Shown here piece by piece: positions 1 through 12,295 of a stretch of 33,818 nucleotides of DNA (the stretch's first letter is position 1; the number at the start of each line of letters is the position of its first letter). Under the pieces are notes generated by a model. It made no database searches. It was not told the origin of the DNA and saw only the letters and a program-made list of their open reading frames with translations. The stretch is from Octopus bimaculoides (taxonomy: Eukaryota): positions 143,430,359 to 143,464,176 of the forward strand of contig NC_068982.1 of NCBI RefSeq assembly GCF_001194135.2. The letters run 5' to 3'. The position numbers and the translations under genes were made by a program.

Positions 1-108
1 CTAATTCTAATATCTTGCAAGTTATGTTTTATGCATATATATGCATAAAAACATACATATGTATAAGTCATACATACGCAGATATGTATATAAATCTCAC
101 ATACGCAC

Positions 109-315
109 TATTCTAAGCACAAGGCCCGGAATTTTGTGGGAGGAGACCAGTCGATTAGATCGACCCCAGTGCGCAACTGGTACTTAATCTATCGACCCCG
201 AAAGGATGAAAGGCAAAGTCGACCTCCGTGGAATTTGAACTCAGAACGTAAAGTCAGACGAAATAACACTAAGCATTTCGCACGGCGTGCTAACGTTTCT
301 GCCAGCTTGCTGCCT
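109..315 (-). mobile_element. tRNA-derived SINE, family A
   Basis: Reverse complement of the repeat at 16548, 17498, 19552 and 23885; flanked by a perfect 12-bp TSD TCACATACGCAC (97-108 and 316-327). Confidence 0.85.
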
Positions 316-746
316 TCACATACGCACATCCTGAGAGACGCATGTTGCTAACATCGGACGACGGATGGTGACTTCTCTCCCTCTCTCTGTCTATATTTCA
401 GTAAAGAGAGCGTCATACAGAGATAGATAGAGTGATACATACAGAGAGAATGAGAGATGGGAGGGAGAGTGATCACCATTTGTCGTCCAATGTTGGCATC
501 ATACGTTTATCATATTGTGCGTGTCCTGTCTGTTCATTTCTCAGCAATTCCTTCCCGTACGACAATCAGCGGAATGAGAAAAGCGTTTATTTTTACATAC
601 ATACATATATACAGGTAAACATATATCTACACATACTTACCTGCATACATGTTTATGTACGTACAAATATCCACCTATCTGTACATACATACGTAGTTGC
701 ATATATATGAATACATACAATATGTACATATGTATGGATGTATGTC

Positions 747-1915
747 ATTGTTTAGTTTAATTTCAAGATTTCTTGTCAATAGAGAAAAGAACCGGGTTAT
801 AACATAGATTGAAGGCACGTTCATTGGAATCTCAACATGAACCAAAGGGTATTTTAGTTTGTATGTATGTATATGTGCAGATTTATATGTTTGGCTTATG
901 TATTCTCATGCATATAGTTGCATATCTAGATATGTTCATGTATATTTAAATGATAAACTTCTGGAAAGTTTTATAGATTTTTACAATTCCAGTGTGGAGG
1001 CGCAATGGCCCAGTGGTTAGGGCAGCGGACTCGCGGTCATAGGATCGCGTTTTCGATTCCCAGACCGGGCGTTGTGAGTGTTTATTGTGCGAAAACGCCT
1101 AAAACTCCACGAGGCTCTGGCAGGGGATGGTGGCGAACCCTGCTGTACTCTTCCACCACAACTTTCTCTCACTCTTACTTCCTGTTTCTGTTGTGCCTGT
1201 ATTTCAAAGGGTCAGCCTTGTCACACNNNNNNNNNNAGTGTGGAGGCGCAATGGCCCAGTGGTTAGGGCAGCGGACTCGCGGTCATAGGATCGCGGTTTC
1301 GATTCCCAGACCGGGCGTTGTGAGTGTTTATTGTGCGAAAACGCCTAAAACTCCACGAGGCTCTGGCAGGGGATGGTGGCGAACCCTGCTGTACTCTTCC
1401 ACCACAACTTTCTCTCACTCTTACTTCCTGTTTCTGTTGTGCCTGTATTTCAAAGGGTCAGCCTTGTCACACTGTGTCACGCTGAATATCCCCGAGAACT
1501 ACGTTAAGAGTACACGTGTCTGTGGATTGCCGAGCCATTTGCACGTTAATTTCACGAGCAGGCTGTTCCGTTGATCGGATCAACTGGAACCCTCGTCGTC
1601 GTAACCGACGGAGTGCCAACAACAACACACACAGTTCCAGTGATGGATTAAATATGTAGTCTTCGAACCAGCTTTCTCCTTTCTGGTTTTGAGAAGCCTA
1701 ATTTCTTCATTGAGAAGCCTAATTTCTCAAGATTGGTATTTAAACAGTTTGCTATATATCCCAGTGCCACAATAATTACAGGTATAAACCTAAACTTGTA
1801 ATCTGGATAGAGTAACTGCAGATTTTTCAATAGTTCAGTTTAGGTATTCTCTTCTTCATTGATCTTCCGCTTTATGTTAATATCCGCTTGGCAGCTAATC
1901 CACAACTGTGCACAG
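747..1915 (-). mobile_element. 3' fragment of an RLE-type non-LTR retrotransposon, split by a SINE insertion
   Basis: Minus-strand translation ...LLKNLQLLYPDYKFRFIPVIIVALGYI...RRLHI*SITGTV (1915-1631) resumes beyond the SINE as TGIVKIYKTFQKFII* (993-946). 'IPVII.ALG' is typical of the RLE-LINE C-terminus. Outer boundaries are approximate. Confidence 0.7.
1240..1630 (+). mobile_element. tRNA-derived SINE, family B, with (AAC)n tail; first 233 nt also present at 994-1226 before a 10-N gap
   Basis: A box TGGCCCAGTGG, B box GGTTTCGATTCC, tail GCCAACAACAAC. TSD ACA(A/G)TTCCAGT at 983-993 and 1631-1641. Highly similar to the copy at 9781. Confidence 0.88.
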
Positions 1916-2220
1916 TGTCTCTTCTTTTTGTATTTGTCTATGTATGTATGTATGTATGTATGTATGCATGCATGCATGTATGTGTGTGTGTTTACTGTCA
2001 TAGAAACAGATATACATATATTCATATAAAGATATGTATATATATGTATCTGCGGATGTATGTGTGTATTCATGCTTTTATATATGTTCATATTTGTGTA
2101 TATGTGTGTATGCGCGTGTGTATTTGTGTAGGTTTGTACATATGCATGCATATACGTGTGAGCGTAGATGTAAATATATATATACATACACACACACACA
2201 CATATATACACACGCACATT

Positions 2221-2266
<46 letters not shown>

Positions 2267-2308
2267 TGGAGGAAAGAGGGAGAAGTGAGACAGACGAATA
2301 TCACAGAG

Positions 2309-2360
<52 letters not shown>

Positions 2361-3263
2361 CAATACGGTATGTCATTTTTATTATTGTACAGGGCATATT
2401 TGCATATTTGCCTCAAACATGTTTAGCCTTCATAAAAATAGCAATTTTTACCTTTAACCCGAAATGTCATCAATTTTTTCTTTCGGAATGTAATGTTAAG
2501 CTTGTTAAATTATATTCATATCATAAATATTATGATACCATATTCATTTATATTTGATATTTAGATGGCATGGCACTCCATAAAGTTTCCATTAGTGAAA
2601 ACAAATGGCGTTTCTACGCCATTCAAGGATTCCTTACTTGTAGCAATTAGCATTAAAGAGCAAGAGGTCATCAAATATATTATTTATGCCTGATAAGAAA
2701 CTAAAACATTATAAATCTGAATTGCATACGTGTCATTTTTGACATGACCCGAACTTCAGCGGGGTTTCGCTTTAGATTTTACTCTTTTTGCTTTTCGTAG
2801 TTCCAAATATATAGCGTTCATGTTTTATGTATTTTAAAAGCAATCTTCGAATTTCGTATGCAAAATACTTTGTTACGCGGTCGAAAATGACGTTGTTCTG
2901 TATAATATACTCGTCATATTTAATATACTTTATAGATATGGACAACAGTAACATCCACCCCTAGGGGTCAGCTACATTTAAGTGGCAATATNNNNNNNNN
3001 NNNNNNNNNNNNNNNNNNNNNNNNNNNNNNNNNNNNNNNNNNNNNNNNNNNNNNNNNNNNNNNNNNNNNNNNNNNNNNNNNNNNNNNNNNNGTGTGTGTG
3101 TGTGTGTGTGTGTGCACAGCACTCATGTTTACATGTGTGTAGACATCTCTATTGCTACATGTATATATGTATGTATTGATTGATTGACTGATAGATAGCC
3201 AGATAGATATAAATGCAGATATACATTCGCACACACACACACACACACACACTCACACATCTA

Positions 3264-3306
<43 letters not shown>

Positions 3307-6300
3307 GTGTGTGTGTACATATGTGACTATATCCCACTGAGATGCTTAAACTAAGTGATACAATAATAAAGCTAAATTGACATTGTGTCCTTTCCTCACC
3401 ATTTCAGCTGTGTGTAGTCTTGCCACATTAATTTGCATAATAGCTTCCACTGCATTGGAAATCTATTATCGATCATTGCTAGCAATTCCTTTCCACTGTT
3501 CCATATTCTATATGAGCGATATAAATTACAGACTTGTATGAACTTTAATTCTGTTGAAGCTGCTGTTTCTCTTACAGCTTACCTTTCAACAGTGACACTT
3601 TTGACCCCGAAGTGTTTAGATACCGCCATAGTAACGAGCCTGTTTATGCGCGCCTTCCACTCGAACTGATCTCATTGATATCAAATACAGATTAGTGTAA
3701 CAAATGCACTTCGTCTAAATTCTAAATTATTTGTCTAATTCTTTGAAAGATGGCACCGCATGGTAGTGTTGTTAAGTATCTTATATATATATTAAGATTT
3801 ATATATATATATGTATGTATGTATGTATATGTATTTGTGAATATACATTTGCACACATGAACACGCATACCTATATATATATAAATATATAAATACACAT
3901 CTTTTATGTGAAGTTCTGCCTAAGTTTAAATTTAACATTAGATATTTCTCAGCACTTTTAGTAGAATAGTAGGGTACATGTTATTCATTAAAAAGCAGAA
4001 TTATGACAGTGACTTCGAACATACCGCTTATCAGCTCTCATTACATCACCTGTTGACGACGCTTGTCATATATATATATATACATATATATNNNNNNNNN
4101 NNNNNNNNNNNNNNNNNNNNNNNNNNNNNNNNNNNNNNNNNNNNNNNNNNNNNNNNNNNNNNNNNNNNNNNNNNNNNNNNNNNNNNNNNNNNNNNNNNNN
4201 NNNNNNNNNNNNNNNNNNNNNNNNNNNNNNNNNNNNNNNNNNNNNNNNNNNNNNNNNNNNNNNNNNNNNNNNNNNNNNNNNNNNNNNNNNNNNNNNNNNN
4301 NNNNNNNNNNNNNNNNNNNNNNNNNNNNNNNNNNNNNNNNNNNNNNNNNNNNNNNNNNNNNNNNNNNNNNNNNNNNNNNNNNNNNNNNNNNNNNNNNNNN
4401 NNNNNNNNNNNNNNNNNNNNNNNNNNNNNNNNNNNNNNNNNNNNNNNNNNNNNNNNNNNNNNNNNNNNNNNNNNNNNNNNNNNNNNNNNNNNNNNNNNNN
4501 NNNNNNNNNNNNNNNNNNNNNNNNNNNNNNNNNNNNNNNNNNNNNNNNNNNNNNNNNNNNNNNNNNNNNNNNNNNNNNNNNNNNNNNNNNNNNNNNNNNN
4601 NNNNNNNNNNNNNNNNNNNNNNNNNNNNNNNNNNNNNNNNNNNNNNNNNNNNNNNNNNNNNNNNNNNNNNNNNNNNNNNNNNNNNNNNNNNNNNNNNNNN
4701 NNNNNNNNNNNNNNNNNNNNNNNNNNNNNNNNNNNNNNNNNNNNNNNNNNNNNNNNNNNNNTGTGTGTGTGTGTGTGTGTGTTTGTGTGATTAATTCAAT
4801 AAGAGGAGAAAGTTTTTGGTAAGAATTTATCAAGTAGCTAGCGTGAAAAATCTCATAAGGGAAAAATCCATCATTTATTCCCTAAAATTTATTTATTTAT
4901 GTAAAGGCATTACTATACATAAATGCCTCACGCTAAGAGGGACTCTAAGGTCAAACTACCATAATAAACACATTTTTACCGAACGCAAGGAAATGCAACT
5001 CTCAAAGCTAGCCCCCTAAAAACAGACTAAACTATACATCATGATTTCGTAATGCAGTAATATGCACCTTTACTCGTCAGTATAGAATGGTCAAGACACA
5101 TAAAAATAAACAAAAATCAAGATACCAGACGAACACTTCATGCATTCAGCATAGTATATAGAAGATTGTTTATTCCTATATATGGTTATATAGATATATA
5201 TGTATGTGTATGATTATATAGATATATATGTGTATTTTTTTAATGTGTACAAATAACACGGAAAAATAAGTAAATACTTACCAGGTTAGCAAAACTTCAC
5301 ATAAATACCAAGGGTGTTACAGCCTACTTATAAAGGTAGAAGATTTTTACAACATAGATAAATTATTCCCTCAAGAATAATACCAATGTTTTCTTCGAAA
5401 CATATGTCGAAAGTATAACGATTTGAATAATACCTGCGTTTAACTCCATTTATATATATATATATANNNNNNNNNNNNNNNNNNNNNNNNNNNNNNNNNN
5501 NNNNNNNNNNNNNNNNNNNNNNNNNNNNNNNNNNNNNNNNNNNNNNNNNNNNNNNNNNNNNNNNNNNNNNNNNNNNNNNNNNNNNNNNNNNNNNNNNNNN
5601 NNNNNNNNNNNNNNNNNNNNNNNNNNNNNNNNNNNNNNNNNNNNNNNNNNNNNNNNNNNNNNNNNNNNNNNNNNNNNNNNNNNNNNNNNNNNNNNNNNNN
5701 NNNNNNNNNNNNNNNNNNNNNNNNNNNNNNNNNNNNNNNNNNNNNNNNNNNNNNNNNNNNNNNNNNNNNNNNNNNNNNNNNNNNNATCGCACCCGCACTG
5801 ACTAGCGATAACACCGAATGCATTTCGGCTTCGTTGAACCATATCAATAAACATATACTCACGATTAGCCACATATCTTTGTCGGCTCCGATACATAAGA
5901 AATACAGCACTAAATTGCCTTTCAACTACGTATTTGTATTAAGAACGATGCATAGATGGATATTTGAATTCACTAATGTATATAACGGATGTTCACACAA
6001 CCAGGCAGCTTTTCGCAACATCAGTGAATATTTATTCTCTGCTTCCTATATATTGTAGGCGACATAACGTGTCTAAACATTTTTGCCTCTTTCTATTATA
6101 TATTCTGTTTTTAAACACAATACGTCAATAAGAGATTATATCTCTGGACAAATACTGCAATAAATTGCCATAATTTGATTTCAGTTTAATGCTGCATATA
6201 TGTATACTTATATAAATAGATGGACAGATAAAGACATAGATATGAATAAGCATACACAAACACACAAACACACACACACGCACATACGCACACACATACG

Positions 6301-6422
6301 CACATACATACACGCATATGTTTATATGTGTGTATGTTACAGATGTATATATAAATATCGAACAGTGAGAATGAGTGCTCAACACTGCATCGGCGAATAT
6401 ATATTGTTTATTTGTACGTGTG

Positions 6423-6880
6423 TACAGGCTGTTCCAAAAGTCAGTGATGAGTCTCAGTTTTTAATAGCATCCTTAGCTTTACAAATAAATGCATGAAATT
6501 TTGACACAATATAAAAGACATAATGGAAATTAATATTTTACAACCCCACTACATCACATATGTGAAAATGTTATCCCTTAAATTGTAGCTACTTTCGGCT
6601 TCAGACGCCCGTGCTCTTTCCAAAACTTGTACCATAGCCCCTCCAAGCGTTTCGGACCCCACTTCTCTGATTTCTCTATTGGTGTTCCCCTTCAGTTGCA
6701 CCAGGGTCTCCAGTTTGTTGACGTAAAGCCTCTCCTTCAGATATCCCTACAAGAAAAATCCGGGCTAGTCAAGTCTGGGTAACGTGAAGGCTTGTTGATA
6801 TTCTCTCTTCAAAGCACTGCCGTAGCAACTGCATTGTTTCTCTTGCAGTTGCTACATCTTCCTGGAACCACGTGCGAGGT
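6423..6880 (-). mobile_element. Tc1/mariner transposon 3' remnant with terminal inverted repeat
   Basis: TA|CAGGCTGTTCCAAAAGT at 6423-6441 resembles a Tc1/mariner end. Minus-strand translation, with frameshifts and stops, gives WFQEDVATARETMQLLRQCFEERI...PDLTSPDFFL.GYLKERLYVNK, matching the 'WFQQDGA' and 'SPDL.P.DFFLWGYLK' transposase motifs. Confidence 0.85.
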
Positions 6881-6892
6881 CTACTTTGAATG

Positions 6893-7057
6893 GCCTTCAT
6901 GTCCCCACACTTGACTAACCTGGATTCTTTTCTTGTGGAGATACCTGAAAGAGAGGGTTTATGTCAAAAATTCGGACACCCTGGTGCAACTTAAGGAGAA
7001 CATCAATTGAGAAATCAGAGAAGTGGGGCCTGAAAATCAAGAGGGTGTTATGGTGCA
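6893..7057 (+). mobile_element. Second, inverted fragment of the same mariner transposase
   Basis: Encodes ..YLKERVYVKNSDTLVQLKENIN*EIREVGPE; about 80% identical by eye to the reverse complement of 6628-6791. Confidence 0.8.
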
Positions 7058-7298
7058 TACATACAAATATACACACACACATATATATATAGTGAAAGGG
7101 CTCAAGAAAAAAATTCCACGTAGTGAATTATAACAGAAAAGTATATATAAAGGAAAATGCATGAATATTTTATGTTGGGAGAAATATATTAACCGTCGAC
7201 CGGTTTTACTTATGTTGTTCAGGAGAAAATAGTTAGTGGTAATGTTATAATTTTACGCTATTTTGATATAAGCTGTTGTTCCATGTTGGCCAAATGTA

Positions 7299-7341
<43 letters not shown>

Positions 7342-7686
7342 NNNNNNNNNNNNNNNNNNNNNNNNNNNNNNNNNNNNNNNNNNNNNNNNNNNNNNNNNNN
7401 NNNNNNNNNNNNNNNNNNNNNNNNNNNNNNNNNNNNNNNNNNNNNNNNNNNNNNNNNNNNNNNNNNNNNNNNNNNNNNNNNNNNNNNNNNNNNNNNNNNN
7501 NNNNNNNNNNNNNNNNNNNNNNNNNNNNNNNNNNNNNNNNNNNNNNNNNNNNNNNNNNNNNNNNNNNNNNNNNNNNNNNNNNNNNNNNNNNNNNNNNNNN
7601 NNNNNNNNNNNNNNNNNNNNNNNNNNNNNNNNNNNNNNNNNNNNNNNNNNNNNNNNNNNNNNNNNNNNNNNNNNNNNNNNNNNNNN

Positions 7687-7725
<39 letters not shown>

Positions 7726-8109
7726 ATATAAATAATATATAAATATATGCATATATCCATACATATATGTACATACCTACATCTACATATATATACACAT
7801 ATTACATACATGCATATCATATACATACACACACTCATATACAAGTGCGTGTTTGTGTGTAGGTATATTTTTATGGAAATGTGTTAGCATGCAGTGTATG
7901 TGTACATGTGTGTGTGCGTGTGTGGTGTGTGTTGTTTGATCTATATGTGTGATATATGTTGGCTACGTGAGGTGTTTTTCCTTCAGGATGACTTATTCTG
8001 TTCTTTCGTTATCACAGATGATCCAAATACCTATCAAGAATTTGTACTGAATAATCTCTCAGTTAATCAACACATTATCTTTTTCTAATTGCTTAATTTT
8101 TTTTCCACT

Positions 8110-8160
8110 CCTAACCCTAATCCCATCCCATACTCTAAACCAAACCCTATCCCGAAACCC
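8110..8160 (+). repeat. Degenerate (CCCTAA)-like hexamer repeat
   Basis: cctaaccctaatcccatcccatactctaaaccaaaccctatcccgaaaccc shows about 6-nt periodicity. Confidence 0.4.
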
Positions 8161-8841
8161 TCGTTGCCATTCCCACATCTAGCAAAATTCTTTTACTCGG
8201 TTATTAAACAGTTTCAGAGAAAGAAATTCACTTTAATTGTCTTGTGTATATTTCACTATCAACAGTAATGTGTGAATAACTACATATTATATTTAGCCTC
8301 ATCGTATTTAATAACAGTTCCAGCATAACATTTGCAATAAGAAAACTAAAGCGAGTTTGTACCTAGAAACTTACGCTAATCTTTATCTAATCAGTAGAGT
8401 TACTTGCCGAGAAAGAAAAAAATGTAAAGTCCTTCTCATTTCATTTTCGTTTTCTCTTCATTTTGCTTGTTTTTTTACTTATTTATTGTGTATTTGCTTT
8501 ATTTGTTCTTTTGTTTTTGATCACATGTAGCTTAGCTTAACATCTCATTATGTTATTTATTACTTCTACGTGCCTCCAGTCCCAATTAAATGCTATGAAC
8601 AAGTTTTGCATCGAGTGTATTCGGTATATTAAAGTTAGCTTCTTAAATGATATCTTAGAAAGACAAACGTTGTTGTGAAGCACTGCGACACAGTTTCGAT
8701 TCAAGTTTGAACGACTGACTCATGTACTTTCGTTTCATTCGTTTACAAACCTTACACTAATTACTTCTCACTGAGACATGAAACTTACCTCTTCTCATTC
8801 GGCTTATTTTCTAAAATATGGACCCCTAATCCCATGTAAAA

Positions 8842-8876
<35 letters not shown>

Positions 8877-8900
8877 GCTAGTGAATCATGTCATCCTCAC

Positions 8901-9188
8901 AGCGGATCCCCGTCGTTGACGATGAAAATTCAGTTGTTTGACATACTGAATTACCAGCTCCTGAGTTAATGTGTAACTGGCTGAGTATTCCACAGACAAA
9001 GCTTCACATTTTCACTCATAGCTACAATCCTCCTGATGGGCTGTTATGTAATCTACGTCTACCTATTTCACTAACAAGGTATGGGTCGAGCTGAGGCCAT
9101 GGAAAATTATAGTTACCCATGATGTCATACAGTAAAACGAACCCGACACCACGTACTCGCAAAACAATCTCCTTCACCATCCGGCCAT
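8901..9188 (-). mobile_element. Old SINE with family-C-like head and body and a family-B-like 3' tail
   Basis: Reverse complement has tgtctgtggaatactcagccagttacacattaa...caactg...cgtcaacgacgg (family B tail) downstream of ggcctcagctcgaccc..ccttgttagtgaaataggtagacg (family C body). Heavily diverged. Confidence 0.55.
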
Positions 9189-9780
9189 GTCAGGCCTACA
9201 ATAAATCATGAAATACGCACACAAAGGCGAAGACTGTTCTAGCATTGTCTGGTAGAATCAGTTAAGTGACAAACCTAAATAATTTTGTTATAGGTTTTCT
9301 TTCCATACGTTCAAAGTTCTCTGACCTGAAATCAACATCGTTTTTCATGACAATAAGTTCGATAATATAATTCCCAATAATCAATCGACTATCTTCCAAA
9401 ATTTTGGCCACGTGCCAAATGCCGTTAACTTAGTTAAGTAACATTTGAGAATCGGTCTGAGTAAATGTATTTGTAGATACAGCGATATTTAACTAAATGC
9501 ATACATCTAGATTCATAAGACTTCATAACAGTCCCAATATTTTCAAAGAGAATTTTAAAGCAAAATTCGTTTTATTTCATATCGGTACGTCCTGAGAATC
9601 AACACAACGTGGCGGTTTCATTATCTAGGCAGAATACATTGCGTGTGTAATTTTAATGAGATTTGGCTGTTTTCTATCAGGCTCATGAGCAGACAACGTT
9701 GTGACATTCATGCTTTTCCTCTAGACAAGTAGCATCATATTAAGTGTGGTCTTTTTCATTCACTATTACTCAGCCTTTGT

Positions 9781-10165
9781 GTGGAGGCGCAATGGCCCAG
9801 TGGTTAGGGAAGCGGACTAGCGGTCATAGGATCGCAGTTTCGATTCCCAGACTAGGCGTTGTGAGTGTTTATTGAGCGAAAACACCTAAAGCTCCACGAG
9901 GCTCCGGAAGGAGATGGTGGTGAACCCTGCTGTACTCTTCCACCACAACTTTCTCTCACTCTTATTTCCTGTTTCTGTTGTGCCTGTAATTCAAAGGGTC
10001 AGCCTTGTCACACTGTGTCACGCTGAATATCTCCGAGAACTACGTTAAGGGTACACGTGTCTGTGGAGTGCTCAGCCACTTGCACGTTAATTTCTCGAGC
10101 AGGCTGTTCCGTTGATCGGATCAACTGGAACTCTCGACGTCGTAAATGACGGAGTGCCAACAACA
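9781..10165 (+). mobile_element. Full-length tRNA-derived SINE, family B
   Basis: A box, B box (AGTTTCGATTCC) and (AAC)n tail; perfect 12-bp TSD ACTCAGCCTTTG at 9768-9779 and 10166-10177. Confidence 0.9.
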
Positions 10166-10512
10166 ACTCAGCCTTTGGGGCTTCTAATTTCATAATGTTT
10201 GTGACTGTTAATTGTTCTATGCCCTTCAAAGACTATATGGCCGAGGGAAAATACATGTATGAGAATTGGAACAAAGTACGAATTTGGATTTTCTAGCAGA
10301 CAACTTCTTTATCGAAATCTACGATGCTCACTCTCTTGCTGGCGTTCATTTTTAACACAGATGCATGGCCTCGTGTATGAAGAAGAAGGGCAGCGAATAA
10401 ATATTGACTCTTGTACTCCAGCTTCTTTAAAAATCTATGGTCTTGGGTCATTGCAAGATCTTAGTATTAAGTTTCTGATAAAGCACAGGAACTCAACTAA
10501 TATGAATACATG

Positions 10513-10571
<59 letters not shown>

Positions 10572-10735
10572 ACGCTGTAGTTTTCTTGAAGCACTGTAGT
10601 ACAGAAGTACACAAAGAAATGGGAAATAAAGCTTTTAAAAATGCGGGGTTTTACAAAGGTCTATCTTCAGAAAAAGCTGTCCAAGAAATGTGTGCTTACA
10701 TCGATTTCGTTATTTCATATGTACATACATATATA

Positions 10736-10961
10736 CACGAGTAAACACATAAATGCAAAATACGGTGGAAAAAATAGTACTCGAATACCGAAGGTAGAGT
10801 AATATGCTTCTTTATAAAAAGTGCAAGAACATCACAAAAAACTGCTACTCAGTGTTTCACGTTCCCGCTTGTTAGGCAGTTGTGATCAATTATCTTCATC
10901 ACAACTGACCGACCAACGGGGACCTGAAACACTGAGCAGCAGTTTTTGTGATGTCTTTGCA
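10736..10961. mobile_element. Repeat with an inverted ~65-bp duplication, each arm carrying a degenerate hammerhead-like motif (possible Penelope-like pLTR remnant)
   Basis: Arms 10822-10886 and 10898-10961. Minus arm reads AACUGC-CUAACAA-GCG-GGAA-CGU-GAAAC-ACUGA-GUA-GCAGUU. The PLE assignment is inference. Confidence 0.5.
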
Positions 10962-10990
10962 GCTTTGCAGCTTCAAAAAAAATGCATTCA

Positions 10991-11033
<43 letters not shown>

Positions 11034-11187
11034 AGAGAGAGAAACAGACAGACAAACAGACAGAGACAGACAACTGATGATAAGAATGCACAGGTGTTAT
11101 GCTTGATTGTGAATTTTTTATATTAAATGGAGCCGCTTGAAACGGTCGTACTGCATCACCTCTCAATATCCTGTTGCTTATTTTGAT

Positions 11188-11225
<38 letters not shown>

Positions 11226-11349
11226 CGTGTGTGTGTGTGTGTGTATGTATGTAGGTAGGTAGGTAGGTAGGTAGGTAGGTAGGTAGGTGTAGTGAGAGAA
11301 CAGTGCATGCCATCAAAGTGACTCTTGGGTGAAATGTATGTATGTATTC

Positions 11350-11560
11350 TTTTACTCTCCTGTTTCAGTCATCTGACTGTGGTCATGCTGGAGCACCGTC
11401 TTTAGTCGAACATATCGATCCCAGGATTTATTCTTTGTAAGCCTAGTACTTATTTTATCGGCCTCTTTTGCCGAACCGCTAAGTTACGGGGACGTAAACA
11501 CACCACCATCGATTGTGAAACGATAGTGGGGAACAAACAGACACAAATACACACACACGC
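11350..11560 (-). mobile_element. SINE family C, 3' half
   Basis: Reverse complement of 15405-15570 (gtgtgtttacgtccccgtaacttagcggttcggcaaaagag...gtcctggg...cgactaaag...atgactgaaac). Confidence 0.8.
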
Positions 11561-11737
11561 TGCACATACACACACACACGCACACACAAATATATATAGA
11601 ATATGGGGATTTAGTTCGCAGGTGATCTAAACGACTAGGTACGCTGGGTAAGTGCTGTAACGAATTACCCGGACTCCAAGGTCATAGCCGAGACGGGAGT
11701 TATGGAGCCATTGTAGATTTCCGATATAGCGGATGTA

Positions 11738-12179
11738 TAATAGTTAAAGGGGACAACAAACGTTAATGCAAGACAAACATCTCAAGTCATATACGTTATT
11801 GGAAAAATTCAAAGTCTTACAGCTATTTCTGGGACATCCCAAAGTATGAGATATTCCGTCATCGGAAACAAATAGGGAAAATGAGAAGGGTATAGATTAA
11901 TAAAACGATGACATAGAGGACAGGAGAAAAGGAATAAGGAGATGCGTCTTTTTTCTTCTTTTTCTTCATCTCCTAATTCCTTTTCTCCTGCCCTTTATAT
12001 CATCGTTTCACTAATCTATACGCTTCTCAATTTCCCTATTTGTCCCCGATGAAGGAATATCCTATGCTCTGGGATATCCCAGAAACAGGTGTTAGTTTTT
12101 TAATTTTTCCAATCATAATAACGTATATGAATTGAGATGTTTGTCTTGCCTAAACGTTTCTTGTAGGCTTTAACAATTA
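11738..12179. repeat. Inverted repeat with ~207-bp arms and 22-nt spacer; both arms carry a hammerhead-like motif
   Basis: 11738-11944 is the reverse complement of 11967-12179 at about 80% identity by eye; the spacer is mostly pyrimidines. Confidence 0.85.
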
Positions 12180-12295
12180 TATATATATATATATATATAT
12201 TTAGAAGGTTTGGAGGGGATGTACAGGAATTTATATATTGGAAAAACTAAAAAGGTACTCAGATTTTTATTAATATGTCACATGTTCTTTTATAA

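Noticed and set aside
994-1070. tRNA-like sequences at the SINE heads (also 9781, 15211, 17010)
   Set aside because: They have A/B boxes but no complete cloverleaf or acceptor stem and continue into SINE bodies, most with TSDs or tails; not tRNA genes.
991-1472. Apparent tandem duplication of the SINE 5' part (and ORF 1005-1574 with a repeated peptide)
   Set aside because: The copies (991-1226, 1237-1472) differ at one base, are separated by a 10-N gap, and both include the same flanking AGT; most likely an unmerged contig overlap.
11074-11155. CUGAUGA at 11074 and GAAAC-GGUC-GUA at about 11138-11149
   Set aside because: Stem I does not pair and the intervening sequence gives no convincing stem II; at most a truncated half-motif.
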